From an uncultured Bacteroidota bacterium (GTDB lineage Bacteria > Bacteroidota > Bacteroidia > 2-12-FULL-35-15): a stretch of 64,000 nt of DNA. A program made the position numbers and the translations under genes. Each line of letters starts with the position of its first letter. The first letter of the stretch is position 1. Positions 31,191-39,563 of this stretch are shown in pieces. Below the pieces are notes generated by a model that did not search any database, was not told where the DNA came from, and saw nothing but the letters and a program-made list of their open reading frames with translations. The stretch covers positions 7,060-71,059 of the forward strand of contig CAIYIS010000010.1 of assembly GCA_903926385.1 (NCBI GenBank), in the 5' to 3' direction.

Positions 31191-31216
31191 GGTTATAACT
31201 AACGAATACTTAACAA

Positions 31217-32233
31217 ATGGATTATACAGAAGCTTACAGAATTGTGGACAAAAGACGAGATAAATTTGCGGAAATCATTGAAAAACATTTCCCAAACTTA
31301 TTTGAAGCAAAAGAGAGAGAGAGTTATAGCGGTGGAATGTTAACTGCTGAACTTTCAGAAAGTAATGAACCGTTTAAAAATACTCCATATTTTTTTAATG
31401 AAGAAATGTCTTTCGTACATTGGACTTCAATAGAAAACCTTTTATCAATAATCAATTATAGAGAAATTAGACTTTATAATCTTAATAGTTCTAAAGACCC
31501 TTTAGAATTGGAATATTCAGCCAAAATATTTAAGGTAGAAGAACAAGATATTGCCAATTTAAAATATCATAACTTTACTTTTTCTTTTTGTAAGTCATCT
31601 GACTTAAAGAATCCTTATTTATGGAAACATTATGGCAACGATTTTAAAGGTGTTGCAATTAAATTCTCGATTGTAAACGACCCATTGAAATGGCAAAAGT
31701 ATATACTTTCGAAAATTTATTATGACATTCCAGAGGCTTTCGACAAATTTCTTAAGGAAGTTGAAGAATTTGAAAAGCAAGAAGGAACAGGTGTTATAGC
31801 CAGGCTTAAGTTAGATAAGCTTTATGGGTTTCATAAACAAAAATCTTATGAAGGAGAAAATGAAATAAGATTATCAATTCTACATCCTTTTGATTTTACT
31901 CAAGAATATCAGAAACATTCAAAAATGGATTGGAGAATTGATGGGCAAAGAAATAGAATAACAAAATATATATCCCTTCCTCTATGGGTTGACAATGATA
32001 AAGTGGCAAAGGATAGAGAAAAACCTGAACTTGACTTAATATCACCTTTTGACGACAGCCATTTTATTGACAAACCAAAGCTCAAAATTGAAAACATTTA
32101 TTTTGGAAAAAATTGTGGGCTTGGCATAGAAGAGTTTGGTGTCTTCACAAATGAACTTAAGGAATTAATAGATTTATCATTTGGTTATAGACTTGACGAC
32201 TTGGGACCGAATTTATATGACACAGCAGAATAA
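31217..32233 (+). CDS. DUF2971 family protein
   Basis: FVHWTSIENLLSIINYREIRLYNLNSSKDPLELEY matches the DUF2971 N-terminal signature (aromatic-H-x-T/S-S...L..IL....L......NDP.E). The gene is AT-rich and has no signal peptide. Confidence 0.6.
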   Translation: MDYTEAYRIVDKRRDKFAEIIEKHFPNLFEAKERESYSGGMLTAELSESNEPFKNTPYFFNEEMSFVHWTSIENLLSIINYREIRLYNLNSSKDPLELEYSAKIFKVEEQDIANLKYHNFTFSFCKSSDLKNPYLWKHYGNDFKGVAIKFSIVNDPLKWQKYILSKIYYDIPEAFDKFLKEVEEFEKQEGTGVIARLKLDKLYGFHKQKSYEGENEIRLSILHPFDFTQEYQKHSKMDWRIDGQRNRITKYISLPLWVDNDKVAKDREKPELDLISPFDDSHFIDKPKLKIENIYFGKNCGLGIEEFGVFTNELKELIDLSFGYRLDDLGPNLYDTAE

Positions 32234-32260
32234 ACAACGAACGGCTAACAACAATACGCT

Positions 32261-32605
32261 ATGAACTGGAAAGCATTACTATATTATTTCATTACAGTTA
32301 TAATTCTACAAATAATTATTAGCAGATTTACTACATTCACAAATGCGCAAGTAATTATTGGCACATCAATATTTTTAGCGATGACTTTTTATGGATATTT
32401 TTCTTTAAAAAAGAATATATCAATTATTCGAACAGTGAGTGTTTACGAGGACATTCCTCAAAATTTAGTAATTAGTGGAATAACAATCCCGTTATCTGTT
32501 AGGACAATTGCTTGGTTAAAAATTACTTTTTGGGCTATTTTTTATATTTGCATATTTGCTGGCGTTAACGAACTATGGGAAAATTATAGAAACCATCATC
32601 AATGA
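32261..32605 (+). CDS. Small integral membrane protein (3 predicted TM)
   Basis: Hydrophobic stretches LLYYFITVIILQIIISRF, VIIGTSIFLAMTFYGYFSL and IAWLKITFWAIFYICIFAGV. It starts 27 bp after the DUF2971 stop on the same strand. Confidence 0.55.
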   Translation: MNWKALLYYFITVIILQIIISRFTTFTNAQVIIGTSIFLAMTFYGYFSLKKNISIIRTVSVYEDIPQNLVISGITIPLSVRTIAWLKITFWAIFYICIFAGVNELWENYRNHHQ

Positions 32606-32776
32606 AAATCCCACCCCCAACCATTTCATCCCCCCCATTCCCGGGCATACCTCTCCCGTTATCGCTTGCCAAAACATATTAAATGATGTGCTGAATAGGT
32701 TTAAAAAAGCAATGTATAGCATGCAGCAGGGTAGCGCATGGCTAATAATAAGGCGAGGCTAATGCCCTTGTAGGCC

Positions 32777-33121
32777 TTATTTTTTGCTTTGTTTGCTGTA
32801 TTGCCAGTTCAAAAGCATATAAACCACATTAAGCCCGGCTTGGCCTTCTGCGGTTAGTTTATACTCCCATTTGGTCTGCTTTTCGTTAAGCGCCTTTTTG
32901 GTGATGAGATTATGCATCTCCATTATTTCAAACGATTTTTTGAGTTCCGATTGATGGAGATGAAGAAATTGGTTGATTTCTGCATTTAACAGCGCGCCCT
33001 TTTCTAAGATTAATAGAATTTTTAATTCGCGCGATTTGCAGAACGATTGATGGGCTGCTTCTAGTGCATCCAACATTTCCTGAAGGGGTCGTTCCCCGAT
33101 AAGTTTTTTAAAATCTGTCAT
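32777..33121 (-). CDS. Winged-helix DNA-binding protein (putative transcriptional regulator)
   Basis: 114 aa. SRELKILLILEKGALLNAEINQFLHLHQSELKKSFEIMEMHNLITKK...WEYKLTAEG looks like an HTH plus wing (MarR/ArsR/HxlR-like). I cannot resolve the family by eye. Confidence 0.45.
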   Translation of the reverse strand: MTDFKKLIGERPLQEMLDALEAAHQSFCKSRELKILLILEKGALLNAEINQFLHLHQSELKKSFEIMEMHNLITKKALNEKQTKWEYKLTAEGQAGLNVVYMLLNWQYSKQSKK

Positions 33122-33335
33122 AGTTTTTAGGTTTTAAGATTTCGACATCAAAATTAGTAATATTTTAAATAATCCACAAAAAAATTGGTAGGAAAAAACC
33201 TACCATTTAACAGAGGGTACTTTTTTTTTCATCATCATTGTATCAGCAAATCAAAATCATCGTTCTCTGACATTGTTTTTTTTCTTCCTTAACAGCCATT
33301 TTTTGCTTGGGAAATAGAGCCAAAACCTCCATTTT

Positions 33336-33530
33336 CGAAAAACATTTAATGTTTTGCGCTTTACATTATTTAAATTTCGTTTTTCTAATAATAAAAAATG
33401 AAAAACATTATTAAAAAAACATTTTTCTAATAATAAAAAACGGAAAACATTATTAAAAAAATGTTTTACAAATAATAAAAAATGGAAAACATTATTAAAA
33501 AAACGTTTTTCTAATAATAAAAAGTAGAAA
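33336..33530. repeat. 42-bp tandem array (3.5 good units plus 1 degenerate) with 7-mers of alternating orientation every 21 bp
   Basis: Units start at 33378, 33420, 33462 and 33504, with a degenerate unit at 33336-33377. GTTTTTC 33379 / GAAAAAC 33400 / ATTTTTC 33421 / GGAAAAC 33442 / GTTTTAC 33463 / GGAAAAC 33484 / GTTTTTC 33505, spaced exactly 21 bp. Palindrome AAAACATT-T-AATGTTTT at 33339-33355. Confidence 0.9.
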
Positions 33531-33766
33531 TGGAAGAATAGTAAGGAAGTAAGAAAAAAAGCAAATCTGAAATCAGTAAATGATTGATTGAGTGCAAATA
33601 AAGTTTTTGACAAAACAAAACAAACGGCTTGAAAGAGTAAAAAACCGCTTGGGAGCGGAAAAAATAAAGCCAGAAAAGCAAGATAAAAAAGACACTATAT
33701 AGAGAGTAAAAGAGTAAAAATAAGTTAAACAATAAACAATTAATAATAAACCAAAACCTTAAAAAA

Positions 33767-34441
33767 ATGAATACACTTAGTTTCAAAATCATGAGGTATA
33801 ACTTTTTTGTGAATGCCTTTATTCCGTTTGTAACCACTGCTGCCAGCATAGCCCGCTACGGGCTTTCGGCTTCGCAAGTAGCATCGCTTACTGCATTTCT
33901 AACCGACTGGAACACCAAATTTGCTGCCTATGTAGACCCGTTAACCAACGGACATGTAACAGTAAATGCTGTTAACGGTGCTTATCAAGACGGGTACACA
34001 CTTACTCAAAGCGTAAGGATGACCATTAAAAGTGATATTACCATTACCTTGTCGAGTGCAGAAATGGCCATCTGTAACCTGAAAAGACCCGACACCACGT
34101 ATACGGCAGCCGGAATTCCGAAAAGCAAACCTGCCATTACCTGTGTGTTGCAGGTGCCCATGCACATGACATTTGCTGCTCCTGCTTCCGAAAATCCGTT
34201 TAAAAGAGCCAAACCTCCGGGAGTACATGCCATTGGTATTAAAATAGCCATAGTAGGCACAGGCGCTGCGCCTCCTGCTGCTACCGATTATGTGCGTCAG
34301 GAAGACGAAACCACATCAGAGTTTGAAATGCTGTTTACAGCAGGACAAGCCGGAAAAGTGCTTTATCTTATTGCTTTTTACATCAACTCTCGTGGCGAAG
34401 CAGGGCCCGATAGCATTCCTTACATTATTACTATTATTTAA
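33767..34441 (+). CDS. Hypothetical protein (no family recognised), visibly more GC-rich than its surroundings
   Basis: 224-aa ORF with coding-like, non-repetitive composition. It is preceded by a ~230-nt purine-rich leader and followed by a strong terminator. Its C-terminus (VLYLIAFYINSRGEAGPDS) resembles the end of a beta-sandwich domain. Long antisense ORFs (33941-34228, 34006-34260) reflect the higher GC. Confidence 0.6.
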   Translation: MNTLSFKIMRYNFFVNAFIPFVTTAASIARYGLSASQVASLTAFLTDWNTKFAAYVDPLTNGHVTVNAVNGAYQDGYTLTQSVRMTIKSDITITLSSAEMAICNLKRPDTTYTAAGIPKSKPAITCVLQVPMHMTFAAPASENPFKRAKPPGVHAIGIKIAIVGTGAAPPAATDYVRQEDETTSEFEMLFTAGQAGKVLYLIAFYINSRGEAGPDSIPYIITII

Positions 34442-34460
34442 AAAGCTGTTTGCTTTCATA

Positions 34461-34496
34461 AAAAATCCCGCTCAGTTAAGAGCGGGATTTTTTTTG
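34461..34496 (+). terminator. Rho-independent terminator
   Basis: CCCGCTC (34467-34473) AGTTAA GAGCGGG (34480-34486), extended by AAAAAT/ATTTTT and followed by a T-run to 34495. Confidence 0.85.
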
Positions 34497-34516
34497 GATG
34501 AATACTTATATATGTA

Positions 34517-34575
34517 GTATATTTGTGGGAGGAAAAATTTAGGGGGGGGGGATGATAAGGAATAGGAAATATTTA
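34517..34575 (+). promoter_or_regulatory. Conserved promoter/5' leader, copy C, containing a G10 homopolymer
   Basis: GTATATTTGTGGGAGGAAAAATTT (-7 box TATATTTG at 34518-34525), then G x10 (34542-34551), then ATGATAAGGAATAGGAAATATT. This aligns with copy A except that the G-tract replaces ATGTGTTGTGGAGAG. Confidence 0.55.
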
Positions 34576-34596
34576 CAGAAACTAAAACTGAAACAA

Positions 34597-35529
34597 ATGA
34601 AAAAAACAATTCTAATTTCAATCCTTTTTTTGAATTTTATTTATGCGAAAGGACAAAGTTATCTTGCGTTACCCGATTCTAATGCAAGTTGGATTACTTG
34701 TTACTATGATGGTTTTGGTTGGTTTATGGAACATTTACAAGAATTACCTCACAATAAATTAGACACAATTATTAACCTGAAAACATATACAATATTTCCT
34801 ACAATAGGTTATTATCGAAATGATTCTCTTGGCAGAACTTATTTAATTCCTCAGGATTCTACAAACGAATATATTCTTCAGGATTTGAGCAAAAATGCAG
34901 GAGATTCAGTTTATAATGTAATCTGCCATCTCTCGTGGCCAACTTATATTGGAAGCTATAATTTTTATGTTGATTCGGTTAATTATGTTAATGTTGGGCC
35001 GTATCATTTAAAAAGAATGTATTTAACAAATGGAAGTAGTCAATTGTATTGTTCCTCTTGGGCTCAAATCATTTGGGTTGAAAAAATTGGTTGCCTATCA
35101 GGAGGTTTTTTAAATATAGAACCTTGTTACCTTGGTGGACCTGATGGAGAGTGGCTGGGATGCATGAGTTTTAACGACACAACCTACTATGAGAATTTTC
35201 CTAACTATTCTATTAATTATCCCTACCATTACGGAAGTTGCAGTTGGATAGTTGGCACAAAAGAATTTAATCAGTTGGAAAGTGGAATAACATTATCTCC
35301 AAACCCAATAGAAGACGAAGGTATGATTACGCTTAACGATAGAGATGATTTAATAATTGAAATGGAAATTTATAATTCGCAAGGACAAAAAGTAAAAGAC
35401 AAATTGAATTTAAAGAATACAAAACAAGTACTAAAACGAAACGAATTTAATTCAGGAATTTATTTTGCGAAAATAAGAACACAAAAAGCGAAACAATATT
35501 CTCTGAAATTTATTGTAGTACAGAAATGA
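34597..35529 (+). CDS. T9SS C-terminal-domain secreted protein, function unknown
   Basis: MKKTILISILFLNFIYAKGQ is a canonical signal peptide, so I prefer the ATG at 34597 to the track start at 34552. C-terminal ITLSPNPIEDEGMITL...GIYFAKIRTQKAKQYSLKFIVVQK is a Por secretion tail. Confidence 0.75.
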   Translation: MKKTILISILFLNFIYAKGQSYLALPDSNASWITCYYDGFGWFMEHLQELPHNKLDTIINLKTYTIFPTIGYYRNDSLGRTYLIPQDSTNEYILQDLSKNAGDSVYNVICHLSWPTYIGSYNFYVDSVNYVNVGPYHLKRMYLTNGSSQLYCSSWAQIIWVEKIGCLSGGFLNIEPCYLGGPDGEWLGCMSFNDTTYYENFPNYSINYPYHYGSCSWIVGTKEFNQLESGITLSPNPIEDEGMITLNDRDDLIIEMEIYNSQGQKVKDKLNLKNTKQVLKRNEFNSGIYFAKIRTQKAKQYSLKFIVVQK

Positions 35530-35553
35530 CCGCCCCCTTCAATTCTTACCCAA

Positions 35554-36366
35554 CTAAAACCCTTCGAACACACCTAATCCAAATAAAGCAAAGTCGTATT
35601 TTACGGGGTCGGTAGCCGAAAATTGTTTTAACGAAAGGGTAAGTTCGCTTACTGCCTTCCAGTCGTTTTGAGAGCGAGTTAACAGCCCCAGCTTACGGGC
35701 CACATTGCCCGAATGCACATCCAGAGGGCACATCAGGTGAGAGGCATTTAGTTTTTCGGATTGCCAAATACCAAAGTCAACCCCGCGCTTGTCGTTTCTT
35801 ACCATCCAGCGCAAATACATACACAACCGTTTAGCTGCCGAATTATTGCCCGGGTCGGAAACATGCTTACCCGTTCGGTTGGGGTAAGGGATAGAAAAAA
35901 ATACTTTTCTGAAACCGGATATAGCTTGTAAACAGGCTTCGTCAGCAGCACTACCCGTACTTTTTGAGGCAAACACATTTTCCAAACCTCCCTGCTTACG
36001 GTATATATTCTGCAACGAAAGCATAAAAAACTGTGCATCTTCGGCATTAAATGTTCGGTGTACAAAGCCCTCGAACCTTGCCATATCTCGCTTTGTGGCA
36101 TTCATCACAAAATCAAAAGGAGAGTTATTCATCAATTGCATCAATCGGTTGGCATTATTAATTATGGTGGTGCGCTGTCCCCAGGCTATGGTGGCTGCCA
36201 TAAAGCCTGCTATTTCGATGTCCTCCTTAAGTGTAAACCGATGAGGAATGCTTATCGGATCCGAATCAATAAAATCGGGCCTGTTGTATTGATTGTATTT
36301 TTCTTCTAAAAACTCTTTTAGTTCTTGCTTATTCAATTTCACTTTTCTGATTTTATTTTGAAACAA
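35554..36366 (-). CDS. TIGR02757 (DUF2400) family protein
   Basis: LKEFLEEKYNQYNRPDFIDSDPISIPHRFTLKEDIEIAGFMAATIAWGQR is the characteristic N-terminus of this family. Confidence 0.75.
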   Translation of the reverse strand: MFQNKIRKVKLNKQELKEFLEEKYNQYNRPDFIDSDPISIPHRFTLKEDIEIAGFMAATIAWGQRTTIINNANRLMQLMNNSPFDFVMNATKRDMARFEGFVHRTFNAEDAQFFMLSLQNIYRKQGGLENVFASKSTGSAADEACLQAISGFRKVFFSIPYPNRTGKHVSDPGNNSAAKRLCMYLRWMVRNDKRGVDFGIWQSEKLNASHLMCPLDVHSGNVARKLGLLTRSQNDWKAVSELTLSLKQFSATDPVKYDFALFGLGVFEGF

Positions 36367-36450
36367 TAAAGGTAGAAATATTTAACCCAATGCTTGAGTA
36401 TTGTAAAATTTTAATTACTAATTTTACAATTCAATTTAAGTTTTCAGGGA

Positions 36451-38568
36451 ATGTACACTTGGTCATCCATACCGCTTGTTCGATTGCTGTTGCCCTTTAT
36501 TGCTGGCATACTCACCTCTGTTTATTTGCCCTATAGCAACCCGTTTGCAGTGCTTGTTCTGGTATTACTCTTTTTACTTATAGCAGTGCAGATACTAATT
36601 CCTAAATTCAATTTATCGTACAGAAACGAGTGGGTAATAGGAGTTGTGTTTACTCTGTCCTTTTTTCTTTTCGGATATCAGTTTACTGCTCTTAAAACCG
36701 AAAAGAATTATCCTAACCATTTTTCGTATTACTGCAAAGATACCGCACAATTGGTTTATGCACGTGTTATAGACCCTCCGGTAGAAAAACAGAAATCAGT
36801 AAAAATGGTAATGGAAATACTGAGTGTAAAACAAAATAAAGAATGGAAACCTACCGAAGGAAGAGCAATGGTGGCGCTTGCAAAAGATAAGTACACTCCA
36901 AATTTAAAGTATGGAGACGAGCTTATTATGAATACCGGTTTTCGTGAAATTCCGAAACCGCAAAATCCGGGTGAGTTTAATTACAAGGGGTTTCTGGCGT
37001 TTCATAATATAAGTCAGCAAGCCTTTGTTAAATCGGGCAATTGGAAATGCACCGGGAAAAACAGTGGAAATATATTTTATGTGTATGCCAATTCTCTTCA
37101 GCATTACTTGATGAATATTCTTGTTCAAAATAAGATGGAAGGAAATGAACTTGCAGTAGGAGAGGCCCTGTTGCTGGGTTATGTAAATAATCTGGATGCA
37201 GATATTATTCAAGCTTATGCCAGCACAGGTGCTCTGCATGTGCTTTCGGTATCGGGTCTTCACCTTACCATTATTTATGTAGCGCTGATAGGAGTTCTTT
37301 TTTTTATAGATAAAATAAAATATGGCAGTATTCTTAAAGCAATTATACTTCTTCTTTTTATCTGGTTTTATGCCATGCTCACGGGCTTATCGCCTGCGGT
37401 ATTGCGCTCTGCTGCCATGTTAAGTTTTATAATAATAGCCAAGGCAACGGGTAGAAACACCAATGTATATAATACAATAGCGGCTTCTGTTTTTCTGCTG
37501 TTGCTTTTCAATCCTTACTTAATAATGGATGTTGGGTTTCAACTTTCGTACATTGCTGTTATCGGAATAGTTTTTCTCCAACCCAAAATTCATGAATGGA
37601 ATAATTTTGAAAAATACAATTGGTTGGTCAGGAAATGGTGGGAACTAACTGCTGTTTCGATAGCGGCTCAGATAGCTACTTTCCCTCTTGGGCTGCATTA
37701 CTTCCATCAATTTCCCGTTTACTTTATGTTGTCTAATTATGTGGTTATCCCTATTTCATTTTGTATAATGTTTATGGGAATTGCCGTTTTTGTTTGTTCC
37801 AAAATTCCATTTTTTGCTAAGGTGCTGGTTATATTATTTAATTACTCTATACTACTCTTAAACTCCTCTATCAAGCTAATCGAGCATTTCCCGCATTCTA
37901 TCATTCAAGGTATTTCTATTTCTGTATTCGAAACATGGTTAATCTATGGCTTAATTTTTCTGTTTGTTTATTATTTTATGATTCGAAAATATAAATACCT
38001 CTTGCTTGCACTTAGTGTGGCTCTCTTGTTGTGCGCTTCATTTACCATTGAACAATTTCATGAATATGGACAACGGAAATTAATAGTGTATAATATTCCG
38101 AAGACTACTGCCATTGATTTTATATGTGCTCAATCTAATGTGTTGCTTACCGATTCTGCTCTTGCTCATAACGAGAGTAAATTATTATTTCACATAAAAC
38201 ACAACTGGTGGGAATTGGGAATTAGTCACACTAATATTATTACCGACACAATTAAAACGAATACATTGCTTATTAAAAACAACATTGCTCTTTATTACAA
38301 CAAACGTATTGCTTTAATAAGTAAAAAAGATAATTTTAAAAACGTGAATAAACTTTCGGTGAGTCCGCTTAAGACGGATTACATAATTATATCCGGTAAT
38401 CCTTCGATAAAGATGAAAGATGTTATTAAACTCTATCGAGCAGAAAATGTAATTTTCGACTCATCTAATAGTTTGTATCATTTAAATAAATGGAAAACGG
38501 AATGCGCTGAATTGCATCAAAAGTATTATTCAGTGGCCGATTCGGGTGCTTTTAGTATTAACCTATAA
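36451..38568 (+). CDS. comEC: ComEC/Rec2-family DNA internalisation channel protein
   Basis: Polytopic membrane protein with a DUF4131-like OB region and the competence-domain motif YASTGALHVLSVSGLHLTIIY. I see no HxHxDH metallo-beta-lactamase motif in the C-terminal ~200 aa. Confidence 0.8.
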   Translation: MYTWSSIPLVRLLLPFIAGILTSVYLPYSNPFAVLVLVLLFLLIAVQILIPKFNLSYRNEWVIGVVFTLSFFLFGYQFTALKTEKNYPNHFSYYCKDTAQLVYARVIDPPVEKQKSVKMVMEILSVKQNKEWKPTEGRAMVALAKDKYTPNLKYGDELIMNTGFREIPKPQNPGEFNYKGFLAFHNISQQAFVKSGNWKCTGKNSGNIFYVYANSLQHYLMNILVQNKMEGNELAVGEALLLGYVNNLDADIIQAYASTGALHVLSVSGLHLTIIYVALIGVLFFIDKIKYGSILKAIILLLFIWFYAMLTGLSPAVLRSAAMLSFIIIAKATGRNTNVYNTIAASVFLLLLFNPYLIMDVGFQLSYIAVIGIVFLQPKIHEWNNFEKYNWLVRKWWELTAVSIAAQIATFPLGLHYFHQFPVYFMLSNYVVIPISFCIMFMGIAVFVCSKIPFFAKVLVILFNYSILLLNSSIKLIEHFPHSIIQGISISVFETWLIYGLIFLFVYYFMIRKYKYLLLALSVALLLCASFTIEQFHEYGQRKLIVYNIPKTTAIDFICAQSNVLLTDSALAHNESKLLFHIKHNWWELGISHTNIITDTIKTNTLLIKNNIALYYNKRIALISKKDNFKNVNKLSVSPLKTDYIIISGNPSIKMKDVIKLYRAENVIFDSSNSLYHLNKWKTECAELHQKYYSVADSGAFSINL

Positions 38569-38569
38569 T

Positions 38570-39517
38570 TTATTTAAAGATATCATCCATCACTTTTCCT
38601 TTAGAATAGGGCAAATCTATTTTCATCAATTCGCCTATGGTGTTGGTGATGTCTATTTGCTGATAAGGTTTAGTACAAATATAATTTTGTTTAAAATCAG
38701 GCCCCAACGCAAAAAACTCAACATGTCGGCAGCCGTCACACCCGTCACAATGGGAAACAAAGCCATCTAAATGGCCGGCAGTGTGCCTTCCATGATCGTT
38801 AGTAACTATTAATGTAGTCCGGTTTTTATAAAAATCATCACTTTGAATTAAGTTCCACAGTTGGGAAATATAATAGTCCGTATCGCTAATTCCCTTTAGG
38901 TAAGCCAAAGAATCACCGGAGTGACCGGCTGCGTCTGGTTGTTTAAAGTTAACTAACATTAATCTGGGATGATGAGTAACTAAAACACTTTTTACTTTTT
39001 TAAATGTTGTACTGTCTTCGCGATAACCTGTTCCCAAGCCATTTATTCCGCAATCTGTCTGTGGTCTGTAAGTTCCCTTCCATTCGGTATTGGAACAGTC
39101 AGACAACACTTCTAGTTTATCCTTTGTGGTAATTATCCATGCTTCATTTTTATCACGTTGGTATGTTTTCAACCACTGCTGAAACAAAGAGGGATACAAA
39201 GGATACTCCGCTCCCGCATTGTTTATATCCTGATAATATCCCGTACAAATTGCCGTGTGACCGGGATTTGTAAAAGTAATGCCATTATTGTGAAAGTTAT
39301 TGCAAAGAACACCTTGTTGCAAAAACGCAGAGCGAAATGGAATGAACCTATGAGAAGGTTCTCCCCAGGTTTCGGAATAACGTGCTCCATCCACAACAAC
39401 TAGAATAACATTTTTTGTTAGTCGGTTATTTACCGGATAGTCCTTTACACATCCCCAGTATATCAACAAAGTTGACGCAGAAAGTAAATAGAGGTATATT
39501 TTATTTGTTATTTTCAT
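38570..39517 (-). CDS. Alkaline-phosphatase-superfamily enzyme (phosphodiesterase/pyrophosphatase-like)
   Basis: Signal peptide. VILVVVDGARYSETWG, FTNPGHTAICTGYY, PDAAGHSGD and VTNDHGRH match the metal-ligand blocks of the alkaline phosphatase/NPP core. Confidence 0.65.
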   Translation of the reverse strand: MKITNKIYLYLLSASTLLIYWGCVKDYPVNNRLTKNVILVVVDGARYSETWGEPSHRFIPFRSAFLQQGVLCNNFHNNGITFTNPGHTAICTGYYQDINNAGAEYPLYPSLFQQWLKTYQRDKNEAWIITTKDKLEVLSDCSNTEWKGTYRPQTDCGINGLGTGYREDSTTFKKVKSVLVTHHPRLMLVNFKQPDAAGHSGDSLAYLKGISDTDYYISQLWNLIQSDDFYKNRTTLIVTNDHGRHTAGHLDGFVSHCDGCDGCRHVEFFALGPDFKQNYICTKPYQQIDITNTIGELMKIDLPYSKGKVMDDIFK

Positions 39518-39563
39518 GAAAGCAAAAATAAGAACATATAATTAAATGCTTTACTTTTGAGAC

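Noticed and set aside
31003-31191. 62-aa ORF upstream of the DUF2971 gene
   Set aside because: It spans the hairpin repeat, the -7 box and the conserved leader halves, and its sequence is not protein-like.
32556-32762. 68-aa ORF in the C-rich tract after the small membrane protein gene
   Set aside because: It overlaps the end of the preceding gene and runs through CCCACCCCCAACC/CCCCCCC tracts that resemble the local repeat family. It is probably non-coding.
33257-33849. Two overlapping minus-strand ORFs (118 and 112 aa)
   Set aside because: They are low-complexity F/L/K/N-rich translations of the 42-bp A/T repeat array and the purine-rich leader. They have no domain-like content and sit in a divergent promoter region.
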